This document shows positions 28,676 to 39,089 of a stretch of 64,000 bases of DNA, in pieces. Both the position numbers and the translations under genes were made by a program. The notes under the pieces are model-generated. The model searched no databases. It was not told the origin of the DNA and saw only the letters and a list, made by a program, of their open reading frames with translations. This DNA comes from Candidatus Moanibacter sp. (GTDB lineage Bacteria > Verrucomicrobiota > Verrucomicrobiia > Opitutales > UBA2987). The first letter of the stretch is position 1; each line of letters begins with the position of its first letter. The stretch lies in contig CBDCEW010000088.1 of the NCBI GenBank assembly GCA_965215885.1, positions 1-64,000 of the forward strand. Reading direction: 5' to 3'.

Positions 28676-30652
28676 TCAGCGGCCGTATTTCTCGAGATTC
28701 TGCGTCACTTGCCGGCCTATGAGGGGGTCGTTGCGGTAGGGTTCGAGAATATCGAGGGCGTCCGGATTGCTCTGCCACCTCTGAAGATTGTGGAGCGCAG
28801 TCCATTTGTCGGAAGTGTTCGGGCTTTGAATGAGGCCCTGAAGGACGGGGAGGACGTCATAGCTCTTCATCTCGGTGAGGGAACGGATGGCATTTTCACG
28901 GACTTTGGGAACGGGGTCGGATTTGGCGAGCTGAAGGAGGAGGGGCACAGCGCTTGAAACTTTGTAGCCGCCCAGACTAGAAGCGGCCCGCTCGCGTACA
29001 TCTGGATCCTGATGCCGGCTGCCGAGGATGAATATCTCCTCGAAGCCATCATATTTGTGCCGTGCGGCTGTGTTGAGTGCCATTGCGGCTACGCGTCCTT
29101 CCGGCTCGTTGAGGAGGCGATCTTCACAGATTTTCCGGACGTCAAAAGATCGGAATTGATCGAGGCTACCGAGGGCTGAGAATCGAATATTAGCTTCCGA
29201 ATGGTTGAGAGCGAGATTCCTGAGCGTCGTGAAGGCGAGTTCGCTGTCGGGATATTTCTTAATCTGGTAAATGGCGCGGTCGATCTCTCGAATGTTGTCA
29301 GACTTGGTTTTTTCGATCGCCTCGATGAGGAGGGGGTCGGGCGCGGCAATGAGCGTATCGGAGATTTTGCGAAGTACGGTTTGATGAGCCGCCAGGCTGT
29401 TCCAGCCGAGGGCACGCTGCCAGTAGTCGAAAAGGGCTTCTTTATTTTCACGGCGCTTCCCGGACTGTTCTTTAATCTGGTGCTCCATTCGGTTCCGAAA
29501 AAGTTTAATGAGATCGGCGTCCTTTTCGAAGGCTGCAAGGAGAGGGAATGACCTGGCGTCTTCCAATTTCAACAGGCGATAGGCGAGGAGGAATTGCACA
29601 TGACGGTGTGTTTCCCGGCGCAATTGATGAAAGATTGACTCGGCGTTATTCACGACCTCCATGCCGATGAGATTTTTCAATGCGTCGAGGCGGATGTGCG
29701 GTTTGGGATGTTCTAACACATATCGCTTGAGCACCTCTTCGACCTCCGGCTCCACCTGGTATTTCAGCAGCGTTCGATTTCCCAGATGCGAACTGTAATT
29801 TGCCCCCGGATTATCGAAATCGACCTCCTTAAGAGCTTTAAGATACTCCTGGCGGGCAGAGGCAAGGAGGCGGAAGGAGGCAGGCTCGAGACCCATTTCG
29901 GTAAAGACTTTTGAGGCGGCTTTCAGCTCACCGTATGAGGCGACCACGTGCTCGTGGCCGCTGGTCGGCGCCACGCTGTTCGCGACGGAGATATGAATAC
30001 TCTTGAAATACCCGGGGAGAATGTCCTGAGAAAGCATCCAGACTCCACTCTGCACAGAGCCCCAACTCAATTTTTTCTCCGACGCTTTCCTTACAAATAG
30101 GGCTATGAGATCTTCTGATCGGGCGGCGATGAACTGAAATTCATCATCTTGGGATGGACTTTTCAGTTTTTCGGAGTCAACCACCACAACCTCGATTCCA
30201 ACGGGATAGTGTTCCTGCGGGTCTATCCTGGTCTCCACCATCTTCCATACGTAATAGGTGGCAAGATTCGGATTATCGAGAGGAATGATCATTGTTCCTG
30301 CCCTAACGACGATTTCGATATACTTTTCAGCTTTCTCGAATCTGAGGACAAGCCTTTCGAAGCTGTAACCGTGGAGCCGATAGGCGGTCTCTTGGGCAAG
30401 TCGTTTGGCATCATCTGGTAGGATGAGAGTCTCAAACTTCACGGTTTTCGGCACAGGAGCGGGAGAGGATTCGATGGTCGGCTCTTCTTTGGAAAGCGGA
30501 ACCTCGGAAGCTTTGGGCCCCTCGGGTTTTTCGCTATCTGCCTTGAACAGAGTCAGCAGTAACCAGACACCGACGCTTGCCGCAGCCAGGAAAACGATTG
30601 CGATAGCCGCAAGATCCCTGACAAGGTGCTTTCTAGTTTCGGAATCGGGCAT
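28676..30652 (-). CDS. Membrane-anchored HEAT-repeat protein
   Basis: One N-terminal TM helix; C-terminal HEAT-like repeats (DPDVRERAASSLG, PKVRENAIRSL, NIRFSALGSL). Confidence 0.75.
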   Translation of the reverse strand: MPDSETRKHLVRDLAAIAIVFLAAASVGVWLLLTLFKADSEKPEGPKASEVPLSKEEPTIESSPAPVPKTVKFETLILPDDAKRLAQETAYRLHGYSFERLVLRFEKAEKYIEIVVRAGTMIIPLDNPNLATYYVWKMVETRIDPQEHYPVGIEVVVVDSEKLKSPSQDDEFQFIAARSEDLIALFVRKASEKKLSWGSVQSGVWMLSQDILPGYFKSIHISVANSVAPTSGHEHVVASYGELKAASKVFTEMGLEPASFRLLASARQEYLKALKEVDFDNPGANYSSHLGNRTLLKYQVEPEVEEVLKRYVLEHPKPHIRLDALKNLIGMEVVNNAESIFHQLRRETHRHVQFLLAYRLLKLEDARSFPLLAAFEKDADLIKLFRNRMEHQIKEQSGKRRENKEALFDYWQRALGWNSLAAHQTVLRKISDTLIAAPDPLLIEAIEKTKSDNIREIDRAIYQIKKYPDSELAFTTLRNLALNHSEANIRFSALGSLDQFRSFDVRKICEDRLLNEPEGRVAAMALNTAARHKYDGFEEIFILGSRHQDPDVRERAASSLGGYKVSSAVPLLLQLAKSDPVPKVRENAIRSLTEMKSYDVLPVLQGLIQSPNTSDKWTALHNLQRWQSNPDALDILEPYRNDPLIGRQVTQNLEKYGR

Positions 30653-30688
30653 ATTGGTCGTTAGTTTTCAAAGCCCGGAGTTCAGTGT

Positions 30689-32953
30689 TCAGGATGAGGC
30701 CGGAGCCTTAGAGAGGACTTCGCGATAGCGAGTGATACCTTTGCTTTCAGCGAATTTCGCGAGTTTATGGGCGAATTCCCGAACATGGGAATTCTTATGT
30801 TTAGCGCCCACCTCGATGAGGTTGACGAGCTCAGGTTGTTCCCAATTCCACCCTTCACGACTATTCCGTCTGTGGTAGAGTGTTCGGAGAATCACCAGGA
30901 GTAGATCCTGGTCCGCGGAATAGGTGTTCGACACTTCGTGGAGCCGCCGTATAATCGAGGTTCGTTCGTCTTTAAGGCTGAGAAGCTCCGTGATAGTCGA
31001 TCGCTTTAATGATCTCTCACCGCGGCTGAGTTGATCCGAGCTCTTATTCTGCAAATCGCGAAGGACTTCTATGAGATATGCCTGCGCCTCGTCCGGTTTT
31101 ACGTCTTTTATTTCGTCCACGAGCTCAGACTCGATTTTGATCTGATATTCAGGTGGCAGTCCAACCCTCTTAATTTGTAGAAGAGCGTGCCATGGTTCGG
31201 GACGATGGGAGGATTTGATAAGTGAACCGAGTGCATTTTCTCTCAGTTTGGGGTGTCCAGTCTGGAGAACGCCTTCCCTGAGAATAGCGATCTCCTTTTC
31301 ACTAATCTCGTCACGGTCGAAAGTGTACTTCCGCAGCATCGCTTCGCGAATTTTAGGATTGGCCGAATCATAGTGTTCTAAAACGGCCTTCCTGGCGAGG
31401 TTCGGCGCTCTCCCTTGCAAACTCAAGACGGTTTCGCGAGCGACAGCTACATCGCGATCGAGCACCCAGCCAAGGTAGTCGTCGAGTTTTTCTTCGGGAG
31501 TCTGTGAGAGTATGAATTCGGCGATTTGAGGTCGATTCGGCTCTCTCGGATTGGTGGCGATTTTCGTCAATTCAAGACGAAGGGTGTCGTCTACGAGGTG
31601 ACCCCGCAGTGCGCGGAGAGCCTTGGATTTGAAGTCGGGGTTGGTCACGCGAATGAATTCCAGGATCGGTTCGTAGTCGCCGTACCAGGGATTCATAGCG
31701 AGCGCTTCCAGAATCCTGCGCTGGCTGCTCGTGGAAGCACGAGGGAGAGAATTGGTAATCCAATCTGCGAATTGCTCATGGTTTCCCTCGATAAGAAGGC
31801 TCTGCAAGGCTCCCCACACGATTAGGCTTTTCGCCCCTATCGCTTCGTCCACTTGTCCGACAAACTCATCCGGTGCGACGTATGCGAGCACCCTTGCCGT
31901 TCTTTCGTCAAATCGGCCGCTACTATTGAGGATAGTGAGATTGTCATGGGGCTGTCCCGGGAAGAGTTCGAAATCGGGGAGGGAGGCGAAACCTTCCTTA
32001 ATCGCATCAATAAGAAGGCGGCGATTCTTCTCTTTTAGCCTGTCGGCTTTATCGGGAGATTTTCCCACCTTTTCTTTTACCCAAAGTGTTTCCGGAACAG
32101 GAGTTTTTGCTTCCATCAGCGAGAGGTTATCCCATGAGGTCGGCACCTCCTTGGTTCCTTCTATCTGAAATGAGACGTTGACGGACTCGGGAATGGAAGG
32201 TGGCGCCCTCCTCTTGAATTCGTTGTGTTCAAAGCTGTAGTTTGCAGTCTCCTCGTTAACACGAACTGTGAGTTTTTTCCAAGTGGCCGTGGATTCGAGG
32301 CGCCCAATGCTCGAGCCGAATCTTAACTCAAAGCGTGATTGGGTGTTCCAATTCTTTTCCAGCGCTGATCTTACCAGTTGGTTATATTCCGAAGAGGCGG
32401 GGGCCAGGATGCTCACCCTGAACCATTGCTTCGCCAAAGGTGCTCGGGCCATTTCAATAATCGGCTTAAGCTTCGTGTATTCCTTAGCGAGAGGACTGAA
32501 GACCCGATCATTGTAGGTGCGCACAAAATTTTCGGCCTCCTCTACTGGCAGTTGTCCTGTTTTCAGCTTTTCGGCCACCCAGGTGAGTTCACTCATCAGG
32601 ACTTCAAGGAAGATTTTGTCCTGTCCCTCTTTCCATCCTCTCAAGGAGGTGCCGGACTCGACTTCGCGATTTCCGAAGCGATCGTGGTATGTAGCGATAG
32701 CTTCTCGCCCCTGTCTGTATAGCTTTGCGGCGGTTTCCCGGTCATGATTCTGGAGAGATTGAATTGCCTGGCTCCATTGGACCACGGCCTCTTCCATCGC
32801 CTTGATTACTTTCTCGTCGTTCCAGGCCGGTCCATCCAAGGTGTAGTCCTCGAAGGCCCGCTCGGTCTCCTGCTTCATGTATTTGTAGAATAGAAAGTAG
32901 GCCACAAAGGTTAAAGCGATGAAGGTGAAAACGTATTTTTTCGTGTCGATCAT
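30689..32953 (-). CDS. Membrane-anchored helical/HEAT-like repeat protein
   Basis: Probable ATG at 32953; N-terminal TM helix; helical repeats (PKIREAML, PKLRENALGSL, SHVREFA). Confidence 0.7.
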   Translation of the reverse strand: MIDTKKYVFTFIALTFVAYFLFYKYMKQETERAFEDYTLDGPAWNDEKVIKAMEEAVVQWSQAIQSLQNHDRETAAKLYRQGREAIATYHDRFGNREVESGTSLRGWKEGQDKIFLEVLMSELTWVAEKLKTGQLPVEEAENFVRTYNDRVFSPLAKEYTKLKPIIEMARAPLAKQWFRVSILAPASSEYNQLVRSALEKNWNTQSRFELRFGSSIGRLESTATWKKLTVRVNEETANYSFEHNEFKRRAPPSIPESVNVSFQIEGTKEVPTSWDNLSLMEAKTPVPETLWVKEKVGKSPDKADRLKEKNRRLLIDAIKEGFASLPDFELFPGQPHDNLTILNSSGRFDERTARVLAYVAPDEFVGQVDEAIGAKSLIVWGALQSLLIEGNHEQFADWITNSLPRASTSSQRRILEALAMNPWYGDYEPILEFIRVTNPDFKSKALRALRGHLVDDTLRLELTKIATNPREPNRPQIAEFILSQTPEEKLDDYLGWVLDRDVAVARETVLSLQGRAPNLARKAVLEHYDSANPKIREAMLRKYTFDRDEISEKEIAILREGVLQTGHPKLRENALGSLIKSSHRPEPWHALLQIKRVGLPPEYQIKIESELVDEIKDVKPDEAQAYLIEVLRDLQNKSSDQLSRGERSLKRSTITELLSLKDERTSIIRRLHEVSNTYSADQDLLLVILRTLYHRRNSREGWNWEQPELVNLIEVGAKHKNSHVREFAHKLAKFAESKGITRYREVLSKAPASS

Positions 32954-33177
32954 GATGGGAATTGATTCGAAGTAGAAGACTACTGCGATGCCTTCTTTCG
33001 CCGCAACCAAAGAGTTTGGAGCGAGAAAAGAGTTCAGGTTTCAGAGTTCGGAGTTTAGGGGATAGAACATCCATTCTGCCGTACAGAAGTGCTTGGGCGA
33101 GACAGGATGGAAGGGTGGAACCCACCGTGGCGTTGGGTAGGGCAGCTACGGAATCAGTTCGAATACCCGCGAGGGAT

Positions 33178-33242
33178 GTAGGAGCGAGTTTACCTCGCGA
33201 TGGGACATGGTGGTAGGGATCGCGGCATAAAGCCGCTCCTAC
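33178..33242. repeat. GTAG-family REP doublet (REPIN)
   Basis: GTAGGAGCGAGTTTACCTCGCGAT ... ATCGCGGCATAAAGCCGCTCCTAC, with covarying hairpin stems. Confidence 0.85.
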
Positions 33243-33377
33243 AACCTGGCGGTCGTCGATGCGGCCAAACGTCTGCGATGAGGATTGGGTGGGTATCCGT
33301 TCGCAGGTTGTAGTCGATGGTGGACTTATTGGAGATTCGTCAAGTTGTTTACGGCGAACCCGTCGTTACGATTACGA

Positions 33378-34088
33378 CTACGAATACGGCGGGGAGTTGC
33401 GAGTGGATCTTTTGACTGTAAATAGCCGTTTCATCCAACTGAAGGCGGAGCGGATGAGGTTAAAGAATCGCAGGGCACGGGGATTGTAGTCTTTGGTCGA
33501 GGTTAAGAGGAGGAGCCTGCAACCGGATTCGGAATATGTGATGCCGTGCTCGCTCCCCGCTTCAGCTTGGAAAAAATCGCCTGCCTTCAGGAGACGGCCT
33601 TCCATATAGAGATCTCCTGACAATAAGAACCCTTCTTCCGGTCCCGCGTGATGATGGCGGGGGTACTCCGTGTTTGGATCGAGCTCAACGAGCATAACGG
33701 AATAGCCTCGAGTTGGCTGCAAAGAGAGTTCTTTTATGCGAGCGCCTTTTGAAGGGAGTTCCTGCCAGTTTCCTTCGCTCTCCATCGTGAATGAGAAGCC
33801 TTTGGCGACAGACGCCTCCAGAAACTGTTCAATCCGTTCGCTCTCTGGGATCTCCGTCTCGGAAATACTGATAGACCGGAGGAGATTCTCCTTTATCTCC
33901 GGAGAGGGCGCGTGCGACGGCAAGTCGTCCGTTATGATCAGGGAAAGGGTATCGTGAAATGAGGCCAGTTCCCGCTTTTCTTCGGAAGTGGCTCCGGACA
34001 GATAGGTTTCGAAATCCTCGAGATCGGGACCATCCAGTGCTCCAACAGCATATAGTGGAGCGAGTTCTGAGAATCTATCAGTATTCAT
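33378..34088 (-). CDS. ChrR-like cupin anti-sigma factor
   Basis: Anti-sigma N-terminus (ELAPLYAVGALD) plus a cupin domain (YPRHHHAGPEEGFLLSG, GSEH). Confidence 0.85.
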   Translation of the reverse strand: MNTDRFSELAPLYAVGALDGPDLEDFETYLSGATSEEKRELASFHDTLSLIITDDLPSHAPSPEIKENLLRSISISETEIPESERIEQFLEASVAKGFSFTMESEGNWQELPSKGARIKELSLQPTRGYSVMLVELDPNTEYPRHHHAGPEEGFLLSGDLYMEGRLLKAGDFFQAEAGSEHGITYSESGCRLLLLTSTKDYNPRALRFFNLIRSAFSWMKRLFTVKRSTRNSPPYS

Positions 34089-34100
34089 CGAGAAAGGACT

Positions 34101-34841
34101 TCAACTGTCGTCTTCCTTTTCTTCTAAGAGAATGCGGAGTTGAATCATACCGCGACGGATTCTGGCCTTGATCGTTCCGAGGGGTTGATGGAGGTCGCGG
34201 GCCACTTCGGATTGAGTAAGTCCCTTAAAGAAGGCGAGTTCAATGGCCTGTCGTTGTTCGTCCGGCAAATGGTTGAGGGACGCTCGCACGGTGAAAGCGG
34301 TTTCCATTGAAATTGCGAGATCGACCGAGCTTGCTACAGCTCTTTCGCCAAGACCGGGTTCTAAGAGAATCTCCCGAGCGATCCGGCCCCTTCGACCCGA
34401 GGCTCGCAGAATGTCGATCGATTTGTTACGGGTTAAGGTCGAGACCCAACTCTTGGGTTTTCCGAGGTTCGAATCGTAATTTTTCGCGCCATTCCAGATT
34501 TTCAGGAATACTTCCTGAAGGACGTCTTCGGCGTCGTTCTCGTTTCTGAGAATGGAGTAAGCGATGTTGTAAACCGCACTCGAGAATCGGTTATAGAACC
34601 TCGAGAAGGCGGCTGGGCTACGATTCGCGACGGACCTGAGCAGCTCAACATCGCTCGTCTCCCCCTCTGATTCAGCGGCCTGCATTTCACGCGCGGTCGG
34701 CCATAAGTCCGGATAGTCGGAAACAAACCGACTTACTGCAGAGAGGCGACTGAAAGCATCTTGTGATGTGGAGAGTTGCATCGGACTAAGGAATTCAGAT
34801 TCCTCGAAAAGAGAACGCCCCGAAAGCCGATCCAGATGCAA
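34101..34841 (-). CDS. ECF sigma-70 factor (real start probably downstream, e.g. 34685)
   Basis: DAEDVLQEVFLKIW, RNKSID, LPDEQRQAIELAFFKGLTQSEVA and PLGTIKARIRRG. Confidence 0.93.
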   Translation of the reverse strand: MHLDRLSGRSLFEESEFLSPMQLSTSQDAFSRLSAVSRFVSDYPDLWPTAREMQAAESEGETSDVELLRSVANRSPAAFSRFYNRFSSAVYNIAYSILRNENDAEDVLQEVFLKIWNGAKNYDSNLGKPKSWVSTLTRNKSIDILRASGRRGRIAREILLEPGLGERAVASSVDLAISMETAFTVRASLNHLPDEQRQAIELAFFKGLTQSEVARDLHQPLGTIKARIRRGMIQLRILLEEKEDDS

Positions 34842-35004
34842 TTTGGAGAAATTTGAAGCATTAGATTATTTCGAGGCATGCAACTTCGAATGTGCGCCGT
34901 ATATCTGATGAGTAAAACGTTTGGCGATTTAGTGTGTGAGGGTAAGAGAAGTGAGAAACAAAAACGGGTAAATGTGCCAAAGGGCACCAAACAAGATAAT
35001 GTTA

Positions 35005-37287
35005 ATGAAAATCATCTCCTCAAGGAAGACAAAGTGTATTTCGGTCGCAATTCTATTATGCCTCAATGGCGTAGCGCTGTTCGGCTCGAGCCATCGGGAA
35101 GCGCCTCTCATAACGACAACTCCAAAAGTGGATGGAACGGACTTATATATGTTTACCAGTTATGAGACCGGCAGGGACAATTTTGTGACGTTGATTGCCA
35201 ATTATATGCCTCTTCAGGATCCGGGTGGCGGTCCCAATTATTTCACATTGGATGATGAGGCGGTTTATGAGATCCACATCGATAATAGCGGCGATGCAGT
35301 GGAGAATATTACTTTCCAATTTCAATTTACGAATACGAATCGCGCGATCTCCCTGGACATCGGTGAACTATCCGTTGCGGTTCCTGTGATCAATGTAGGG
35401 GCTATCACAGCAGGCGACAATGCGTCGTTGAATGTCGATGAGACTTTCACTCTGAAATATATCTCGGGACCAAGACGAACCGGAACAGCATCTGACGTAT
35501 CAAACGCTGCCTCCGGGTCTACCGTGTTTACGAAACCGGTGGACAACATCGGAAATAAATCGATTCCCGACTACGAGAGCTACGCGGATCAGTATATTTA
35601 TGAGATTGACATACCCGGATGTGCGACCGAGGGGCGCATGTTTGTCGGTCAGCGCAAAGAACCATTTGTCGTTAATCTCGGTGAGACTTTCGATCTGGTA
35701 AACTACCGGAATCCGTTCGGAGCGGTAAATGCCGCTGAAGACAGCCTTAGGGGCAAAAACATCACGTCCTTCATTCTGGAAGTGTCTAAGGATTGTCTCA
35801 TGGGGAGCGGTGGTTCCGTTATCGCGGGTTGGACAACCGCGAGCAGAATTGAAGGGGAAGATTTCTTCCAAGAATCACGACTTGGACAACCCCTTGTAAA
35901 TGAAGTCGTTATCGGGCTACCCGACAAGGACTCCTTCAATGCCAGTGAGCCTAAGGACGATGGGCAGTTCGCCGATTACGTGACGCATCCAACCCTTCCT
36001 GCGATTATTGAAATTCTGTATGGGGCGGCTGGGGTGCGTGCGCCGACTCTATTTCCGAGGCAGGATCTGGTGGATGTCTTCCTGACCGGTCTGGCCGGCC
36101 TCAACGCTGACGGAGGTGTCGCCGAGTTACTCCGGTTAAATATGGATACACCGCCGGTAGCGGCGTCGGCTCAGAATAATATGGGAGTAATCGCAGGTGA
36201 TAGTGCAGGTTTTCCCAATGGCCGCCGGCCTGGGGATGATGTCGTGGACATCGCGCTACGGGTGGTAATGGGTGTTCTTCTTTCGGAGGATGATGCACCC
36301 TCCGGACAGCTCCTGTTCACGGATGGAGCCTGGATCAACGCCTCCATGTATGCCGACGAATTTCCATACTTGAACACGCCATTGGCGGGATCTCCGAATC
36401 CGGTGCCGGATGGCGGAGGATCAAACCTGCGCGTGGACGGAGACGCTTTCTTTGTCAACGATGGGACCACTTTCCAGGGAAATACCTACAATGGATTTGA
36501 GTTGAGTGGAAGCCAGGCTTCGTTCTCGTCTGTTGGGGGCGAAATTACCCGCGTCTCATACCTTGATCCGGATGGGGATCTCATTTTTGTGGAATTCGGA
36601 AGTGAAGATCCAGGAACGACGCTGACGGTTAACCTTGCCAACGCACAGGAAGATGTGGCGTCGCCATATAACCAGCCCGACGTAACCTATACCCAAGGTT
36701 TGGCCTCATTTACAATCAACAATCCAACCGACCTGACATTCTTCTCAATATTCTCCCTGGGTAATGATTCCGATCGGGTGGATCTCACGCTGATTAATGA
36801 TGACACATTCACGGGAAACGTGGATGGCATAGCGGATGTAAAGCTGCTATCGGTACTGGGTGATGAAGGCGGCAGTAGTGAAATTGCTGGAATTAATGCC
36901 GCAAATGCAAACTTCATAGACTCATCCGGGATAATAGGCATCGACGCGGAAGATGTCGCGGTGACCGACTTCCTTTTCATAGGTGATCTTACCCGCTCGG
37001 ACGACGCCCGACCCCGGATTCGTGTGAGCGCGGACTCAACCATCGATGAGATTCGCATTTCCGGGGGCGATTTGGCGGAGGCGAGAGGAAGCCGCCAAAT
37101 CGATACGAACGGTGTCGTCTATGCGTGCCCGTTTAATGCTGCTGATGGGCAGCGCTCGATTAGCGATAGGCCACTTCGAGAAGATCTGGGGGATGGCGCT
37201 TTGCGCGCGGTGACCGACACATTCGCCGAAGGGGTGAATTTCTTCTTCATAACCAACGGTCAAACAGGAGGGGTTTCCGATGATTAG
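35005..37287 (+). CDS. Secreted DUF4331 protein with a ~290-aa C-terminal extension
   Basis: Signal peptide then SSHREAP, PLQDPGGGPNY, GQRKEPF, SRLGQPLVNEV and GFPNGRRPGDDVVD; an extra beta-rich domain follows PLAGSPNP. Confidence 0.88.
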   Translation: MKIISSRKTKCISVAILLCLNGVALFGSSHREAPLITTTPKVDGTDLYMFTSYETGRDNFVTLIANYMPLQDPGGGPNYFTLDDEAVYEIHIDNSGDAVENITFQFQFTNTNRAISLDIGELSVAVPVINVGAITAGDNASLNVDETFTLKYISGPRRTGTASDVSNAASGSTVFTKPVDNIGNKSIPDYESYADQYIYEIDIPGCATEGRMFVGQRKEPFVVNLGETFDLVNYRNPFGAVNAAEDSLRGKNITSFILEVSKDCLMGSGGSVIAGWTTASRIEGEDFFQESRLGQPLVNEVVIGLPDKDSFNASEPKDDGQFADYVTHPTLPAIIEILYGAAGVRAPTLFPRQDLVDVFLTGLAGLNADGGVAELLRLNMDTPPVAASAQNNMGVIAGDSAGFPNGRRPGDDVVDIALRVVMGVLLSEDDAPSGQLLFTDGAWINASMYADEFPYLNTPLAGSPNPVPDGGGSNLRVDGDAFFVNDGTTFQGNTYNGFELSGSQASFSSVGGEITRVSYLDPDGDLIFVEFGSEDPGTTLTVNLANAQEDVASPYNQPDVTYTQGLASFTINNPTDLTFFSIFSLGNDSDRVDLTLINDDTFTGNVDGIADVKLLSVLGDEGGSSEIAGINAANANFIDSSGIIGIDAEDVAVTDFLFIGDLTRSDDARPRIRVSADSTIDEIRISGGDLAEARGSRQIDTNGVVYACPFNAADGQRSISDRPLREDLGDGALRAVTDTFAEGVNFFFITNGQTGGVSDD

Positions 37288-37363
37288 GTCAGAAATGGTA
37301 ATGAGAAACTATTCAGGAATGAAGCCGAATTTGAAAATGAACACATCAGGATCGATTAGAAAC

Positions 37364-38773
37364 ATGAAAATTAGAATCCTTCTTCAGACATTGCTCGCCG
37401 GTACGCTAATTCATACGCTGGCCGTGACTGGATCGAAGCTAAATGCATCCAGTCATCGTGAAGCTCCGCTAATCACGAAGTCTCCCAAGGTCGATGGTAC
37501 CGACTTCTACATGTTCAGCAGCTATGAGACGGGACGGGAGAATTTCGTTACTCTCATCGCAAACTACATTCCGCTGCAGGATCCGGGTGGAGGCCCGAAT
37601 TACTTCACCCTCGCTTCTGATGCCGCCTATGAGATCCATATCGATAATGACGGCGATGCGATCGAGGATATGACATTCCAGTTTCAGGCTACGAATACGA
37701 ATCGCAACATCTCCCTTGAAATCGGTGCTCCGGGTGAGACGAAAATGATGCCGGTCCCGGTGATCAACGTAGGAGCGATTACGGCGTCGGACAATGCTTC
37801 CCTCAATGTCGATGAAACCTATACGCTCAATATCATCCGAGGTCCCCGTCGCACGGGCACGGTGGAGAGTGTGACTAACGCCGCGGATGGGTCGAGTGTC
37901 TTCACGAAACCGGTTGATAATGTTGGAAACAAATCGCTGCCCGACTACGAATCCTACGCAGATTCCTATATGTATTCCGTCAATATTCCGGGATGTTCCG
38001 AAGTGGGTAGGGTATTTGTCGGCCAGCGGAAAGACCCTTTTGTTGTCAACCTCGGTGAGACGTTTGACTTGATTAACTACAGCGATCCGCTCGGCGACGT
38101 TGATCGCGGGCAGGACACTCTGGCAGGAAAGAACGTGACATCATTTATTCTCGAGGTAGCCAACGCTTGTCTTGTTTCACAGAATTCGATCATTGCGGGT
38201 TGGACGACTGCCAGCCGAATCGAGGATGGAGCGTTCACGCAGGTTTCGCGCCTCGGACAGCCCCTGGTCAATGAGGTTGTAATCGGAGTTCCCGATAAGG
38301 ACGCCTTCAACGGCAGCGAGCCGATGGATGATGGACAGTTTGCCAATTACGTCACCAATCCCACACTCTCGGCTATCATCGAGATATTGTTTTCGGGGGC
38401 CGGTGTTCAGGCGCCGACATCGTTACCACGCAATGATCTCGTCGAGGTCTTCCTTACCGGATTGACCGATTTGAACGCGGACGGAAGTGTTGCTGAAGTG
38501 CTTCGTCTGAATACCGATACCGCGCCCGCAGCGGCCTCCTCCCAGAATAATATGGGAGTGATCGGCGGTGATGTCGCCGGATTTCCGAACGGGCGTCGTC
38601 CGGGAGATGACGTCGTCGACATTGCGCTCCGAGTAGTGATGGGGGTCCTGCTCTCGGCCGAAGACGCCCCCTCGGGTCAACTGCCTTTTACAGATGGCGC
38701 TTTCGTCAATGCGGATATGTTTGGGGAGACATTTCCCTATCTCAATTCTCCATTGCCCGGTTCGCCGCAGTGA
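37364..38773 (+). CDS. Secreted DUF4331 protein (tandem paralogue)
   Basis: Same motifs as the preceding gene; ends PLPGSPQ. Confidence 0.9.
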   Translation: MKIRILLQTLLAGTLIHTLAVTGSKLNASSHREAPLITKSPKVDGTDFYMFSSYETGRENFVTLIANYIPLQDPGGGPNYFTLASDAAYEIHIDNDGDAIEDMTFQFQATNTNRNISLEIGAPGETKMMPVPVINVGAITASDNASLNVDETYTLNIIRGPRRTGTVESVTNAADGSSVFTKPVDNVGNKSLPDYESYADSYMYSVNIPGCSEVGRVFVGQRKDPFVVNLGETFDLINYSDPLGDVDRGQDTLAGKNVTSFILEVANACLVSQNSIIAGWTTASRIEDGAFTQVSRLGQPLVNEVVIGVPDKDAFNGSEPMDDGQFANYVTNPTLSAIIEILFSGAGVQAPTSLPRNDLVEVFLTGLTDLNADGSVAEVLRLNTDTAPAAASSQNNMGVIGGDVAGFPNGRRPGDDVVDIALRVVMGVLLSAEDAPSGQLPFTDGAFVNADMFGETFPYLNSPLPGSPQ

Positions 38774-39000
38774 AGGAGAGTGATTACCTACAGACACTGG
38801 AACAGAGTAGAGCGGCGAATAGGAAAGGGCGGATGCAATCAGCTCTTACTATTCGCCGCGTCTCTTGGTAATCCAGTAAGTAAGAACGACCAGGTAAGCC
38901 GAGACATTCCGGCATCCTTCCCTGGAGGACGAACCCACCACGCCCCTCCTTCTTCTCAAGGCTTCGCCGATAGTTACCGGGCACTTTCCCAGGAGTGCCA

Positions 39001-39089
39001 ACCCACCCCTGGCCCCTCCCAGGAGGGGATCTTTTCACTTCGGAACTCTTTGTTCAGGTTCCCCTCCTGTGGAGGGGTCAGGGGTGGGT
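39001..39089. repeat. REP-like inverted doublet
   Basis: ACCCACCCCTGGCCCCTCCCAGGAGGGGA ... TCCCCTCCTGTGGAGGGGTCAGGGGTGGGT. Confidence 0.75.
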
